Positions 33,250 through 37,635 of a stretch of DNA of 37,635 nucleotides are shown here, one piece after another. The translations under genes were made by a program, and so were the position numbers. The notes beneath the pieces are model-generated. The model searched no databases and was not told where the DNA came from. It saw nothing but the letters and a program-made list of their open reading frames with translations. The DNA lies in assembly GCA_032718475.1 (NCBI GenBank), contig JAUCBJ010008948.1, positions 1 through 37,635 on the forward strand. Direction: 5' to 3'. Origin of the DNA: Nemertoderma westbladi. Taxonomy: Eukaryota > Animalia > Xenacoelomorpha. Position 1 is the stretch's first letter; every line of letters starts with the position of its first letter.

Positions 33250-33570
33250 AACAGTCAACAGTGAAATAAAGTAACACAGGTGAGTGAAATAAAGTGAATG
33301 GTCACTAATCTTCAAACCATGTAATACAGGATATGTTTCCGCAGGCTGACATAGATATTATGATAATTCGACGTGACGTGGCCGAGATAATGTACAATGT
33401 TGTGTTTAAAAGTGAAATAAACTAACTTAGGAATGTGAAATAAAGTGATGAATGACCAATAATTTTCAAACCATGTGATAGAAGATATGTGTCGGCATGT
33501 TCACAGAAATTTTAAAAAAATTTCACCAAGATGCCGCTGAGATATATATGATAGTGTACGGTGCTTTAAA
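33250..33570. repeat. 151-bp diverged tandem duplication within the P element
   Basis: GTGAAATAAA at 33261/33412 and 33284/33435; extra copy near 33133. Confidence 0.75.
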
Positions 33571-34643
33571 ACCATATCAGTAAACGCTATTGCTTACTTA
33601 GGCCCCCGCTAATTTCAATACCCCTCTCGCTGCATGACCTGTTATTTAGTACACCTTGTACCGAATACACTCAAATTCTAAAAGTACTATGCAACTATAA
33701 AATTACATAGCAAACGTGTCTAGAATGAAGAAATATCCATGGATACAGCAATCTTATATTGAATAACAAAGCAATGTAATATTAAATAAAATTATTATTT
33801 ATTATTATTATTATAGTTTTTAAATTATTTGGGTTGGAAGTGTCCGATGCTGGATCTGGACAATTCCGACCCATGAAAATTTCATTCGATCTCTGATTGG
33901 GTTGGAATTGTCCGGGTTGGAATTGTCCGGGTTGGAATTGTCCGCATCGGAATTGTCCTGGTCGGAATTGTCTCTACACCAAAATCACAAAAGTATTAGT
34001 ATAACTCCGTGGTTAGATAGGCTGAATAGGTGGCAGAATATAACTACATAATGGGTTCTACTTTGACCTTATGACCCTTTGGTACAATTTATGGTTTTGT
34101 TTACTTCCCGTGGGTGTCGTCTGGTTACTATTCGGCAGCGGTCAGGACGTTAATACCTGCACAGTGCACACGTCGGTTCGATACTGAGGATACTAGCATC
34201 CGGTGTTCAACTAGACGAGTGGCAGAGTGGAACCAACTGGTCCAAATAAACCGAGTAAACTCTGAGTCAACTATGGAACTGGGCTACTTATGGCCCCGAG
34301 TGAGACTTGGATGAGGTTGGAGACACAATAGGGGGCTGCCTAGATACAAGTGGTGTAGATGAGCGCAATTTGGATGCAATTTTCGATGGCAGATTATGCA
34401 TACCAAGGCCCACCCAGAATAATAGGTTGGAAACACAATCACAACAGGAGGACCCTTGGATTTTCAACCCAGATTGTTTTGTTGAGTCGATGGTGTTCAG
34501 ATGGCGAACAGATAACTCATAGAAAGTAAATTTTTTGAGGAATTGGGAGATAGTTTCCATGTAGATGTACCAGGGACTGGTTTCATTAAATTCATGGAAT
34601 TTATAGTGAGCCTAAGAGAGCCGGTTTACGCGGATAGTCACTG

Positions 34644-35118
34644 GGAACAACCTCTCTACTCCACCATGATGAAGATGGTTGGAACGGAAATTCCTACGGT
34701 GGAGTACGTGAGTCTGTTGGAACAACCCCTCTACTCCACCACGATGGATAGGATGGTCAGAAGGGGAACTCCTACGTTGGACTACATTGAGTCCATTGGA
34801 ACAACATCTCTACTCCCCCAAGATGGATAGGATGGTTGGAAGGGGAACTCCTACGTTGGACTACATTGAGTCCATTGGAACAACATCTCTATTCCCCCAA
34901 GATGGATAGGATGGTTGGAAGGGGAACTCCTATGGTGGAGTATGTGAGTACATTGGAACAACCTCTCTACTCCGCCACGACGGATATGATGGTCACAATG
35001 GGAACTCCTACGGTGGAGTATGCGAGAGTACATCGGAACCTCTCTACTCTGCCACAATGGATAAGATGGTCGGAATGGGTACTCCTACGGTGGAGTACGC
35101 GAGTTTGTTAGAACAACC
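34644..35118. repeat. ~78-bp tandem repeat, about 6 units
   Basis: GGAACAA-type unit starts at 34644, 34719, 34798, 34877, 34955, 35035 and 35110. Confidence 0.9.
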
Positions 35119-35738
35119 ATTGGACAGTCCATTGGGTGGTACAGGATTAAGATTGATAAAAAATGTAAAATGTATGTAAAATAGGGTAAAAATAGCTACC
35201 TGTTCTAAACTATTGAGTATTTATTTGGTATCATCCAATGCAACTAATCATCAGGAAAGTCATGATTTGCCATGATATGTGTCTCCTGGTAAGGTTGTTG
35301 CCATTATTCCATCCCCATGTCAAACTAAATCAGATGATCACTACATCTCATGATTTAGTGGCTAGGCAATCCAACTGTTGGGTGATATCATAGCTTCTCG
35401 TCAACCCGCGATTGAATATTCTCCATAACCTTCACAGGTCAGGATAGGCGGTGCCTGCAGTAGAAATCAACACGTCCAAATTCAGTACCCCATATGGCAA
35501 TGCAGATCATCGAAGTATCACAATGCGTGCCAGAGCAAGGGACTTAGATTTCCGTTAAACCATCATCCCGAGACGTAGGTAAGCAGGGGGAAGGTGAAAC
35601 AGGAGAGTGGGCACAGTTAATTTGACATTCCGCAATGTTGTGTTATTATTTAAGTGGTGGCAAAAAATCGACTCTTTTGTCGATCTATATTATTTGGTGA
35701 GCATAGAAAGACACATAAGAAAGAAAGCAAGACAAAAA

Positions 35739-35777
35739 ATGTTACTTTTTGCCACCACTTTTGTCGTTTTATTTGTT
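35739..35777 (+). CDS. Possible first coding exon (signal peptide) of a host gene
   Basis: AAAAATG context, MLLFATTFVVLFV, then consensus donor GTAAGT at 35778 and AT-rich intron-like sequence; no downstream exon identified. Confidence 0.25.
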
Positions 35778-37635
35778 GTAAGTCTTCTCACTTTTATCTG
35801 GGCCTATTTCAACATAAATATCATGTCTGACTGTCTTGAAAACTTTCAATCTAAGAAATGTTCGCCTATTCAATGCGCTTCTAACGCTATATTCAGTAAC
35901 TCAATAGCTATTACTTAAGCTGTTCAGTGTAGGGAACGGAGTGACCGGAGTGACCTTATCTAATCTGATATTATGAAGTTATGAGGGTGGGTGGTGGGTG
36001 GGTTAAAGGTGGCAATAATATTTCTATCTGAGGTTTTATATTTTTTTATTTTTGGATATTGTTAGTCACTTTATTTTTATAAAATTTTAAGTAATTAATT
36101 AGATCAAATGATTACAGTTTATTGCATATTCCTAATACCTACTGTTATGCTGCTATACTGTAGTAAGTATATCAGAAAAACATATAACACCTCTATTATT
36201 ATTATCTATGAGACAAATAAATTGAAATAATTGTCAACATATGTTTGAAAAAGAACAATTATTGTCTATAATAATTCAGATTCTTACTAATAATTTAATA
36301 GTTCTAGGGAAAACAAATGAACTGTATATTTTATATAATGTAAGCATAATCCCCTTTTAAATTTGTCATTTTGAAATAGTTCACTATAATCCAAAGGATT
36401 CAAAACCATCTAATTTCATCACTTTCAACATTCAGTTATCTGTCACCTCTGAATTGATTGTTCTGTATTTCATTGTTATTAATGTCGCAATAAAACTGAT
36501 TTATGATACAATGGCAAGTTGTAATTGGGGGCAAAACAACTTCAGTGTGAAAGCAAATCTACTGAGTTTCCAACTCTGAGTATTTCCCATACTTGAGGGA
36601 AGGTCAGTGATAACCACCCCCCCCCCCCCCCCCCCCTCCCATCCGTCTGTGGGGCCTATTTTATATGAATTTAGCAATAGAGAGTTATGATTAATTATTC
36701 ATGGGTTCTATGCTACAGTATCTACATTTTTGTACAAGATAGATTTTTTCCCTGGATTCATGGGGTCATCGTCGCCGTCGTTGAGTTGAACTAGTTGTGT
36801 CATCAGAAAATGATATTATATTACTGATCTGGATTACTGATGTTATATATATATATTGTAGTTGCAGAATTTTCGCAATTTTAGAAATAATAAATGTAAT
36901 TATTATAAGAAGATACGAATTTCAGTTTAGTTGAGTTTATAAAGGATTGTTGGATATGTTTATAATAGGGAGTGGCTGATAATTATGTGTAGTGTTGACC
37001 AAGGGTTTGATAACGCTCAGATTTAACCTATTCGTTTAGTATTCAGTATTATACAATACAACCGAGTATAAGTTTTAAGTAAGCCTAATGTAGTAAATGG
37101 TTATACTATCCTATTAAATATGCACTATTTATAATGAAAAAAACTGCCTCTTTATAGCTATAAATTATATTTATTGCCATAAATTATTTGAGATAAAAGA
37201 GAATAATAACGAGTAAACTAACCAACCCACACATGAATCGCTACTTTCCATAAAAACTATATAAAAAACAATACAATTCGTTAAATTTATAGACTTAAAT
37301 CTAAATAAACTGTAAAAGTAACTGTAAAAATATTAATTATTACATAGGGCAGTTCCCTATAATATATATTATAGGCAGGCGCTCTATATTTGAATATACT
37401 CTGTGTATTGGCTGTAAAACACAGTTGGTTGGTTATATAAGCTGTATTATTTTTCGGCAAAAAAAGCAACACCAGATATGCTACTGCTATCTTTGGCTAA
37501 GTGTAATTAATATTAATACAAATTTAAATATAATAAAAAATCACAAAATTGTATTGTTATTATGTATATGCCTCGTCTCGTTCACTATCTGACTATACTG
37601 CACTTAGTTATAAAGGATATGGGCTAAATGGGCCC

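Larger units (their letters stand above)
31888..33658 (+). mobile_element. Internally deleted P-superfamily DNA transposon (1771 bp)
   Basis: 75-bp TIRs CAAGGTGTACTAAATAAC.. (31888-31962 and 33584-33658, 2 mismatches); 8-bp TSD TACCGAAT at 31880-31887 and 33659-33666; THAP domain inside. Confidence 0.93.
31541..33980. mobile_element. Foldback/Mutator-like non-autonomous element with long TIRs built from a 15-bp unit
   Basis: Tandem GGACAATTCCGACCC-like units at ~31541-31712 recur inverted at ~33826-33980, including a shared spacer; left end eroded, no TSD found. Confidence 0.7.

Noticed and set aside
34644-35118. Hammerhead ribozyme array (ATGATGA...GAAA inside a stem in unit 1)
   Set aside because: No CTGATGA core, no stem II pairing, and the motif is absent from the other units on both strands.
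35585-35600. AGGGGGAAGG-TG as the PPT and LTR start of another retroelement
   Set aside because: No second LTR and no recognisable pol motifs upstream.
35607-35918. 103-aa membrane-protein ORF
   Set aside because: GTG start and no recognisable family; only the short ATG-to-GTAAGT segment is kept as a low-confidence exon.
36614-36640. Poly-C tract
   Set aside because: Simple homopolymer with no associated structure; length may be a sequencing artefact.

Overview
AT-rich, transposon-dense window from an invertebrate animal genome; there is no prokaryotic operon or CRISPR content. The first half is a clean nest. A young Copia LTR retrotransposon (996-18605, minus strand; identical 266-bp LTRs, GAATA TSD, half-tRNA-iMet PBS) is interrupted inside gag by a 12.6-kb BEL/Pao element (5260-17848, plus strand; 1207-bp LTRs, CATCC TSD). 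The BEL element is non-autonomous: Gag and protease are recognisable, RT is deleted and integrase is at best a relic. It has no tRNA primer-binding site. Instead, the 22 nt after its 5' LTR pair with a segment inside its own LTR, and the pairing ends exactly at the LTR boundary. That is the geometry of Tf1-type self-priming and is the most interesting signal here. The second half holds Harbinger, RTE-LINE, hAT, LINE-ORF1 and SINE remnants, an intronless class-A GPCR, an internally deleted P-superfamily element (THAP fused to the C-terminus, 75-bp TIRs, 8-bp TSD) nested in a foldback/Mutator-like element, and several tandem arrays. A Crypton remnant opens the window. All calls come from motif recognition by eye; no database searches were run.
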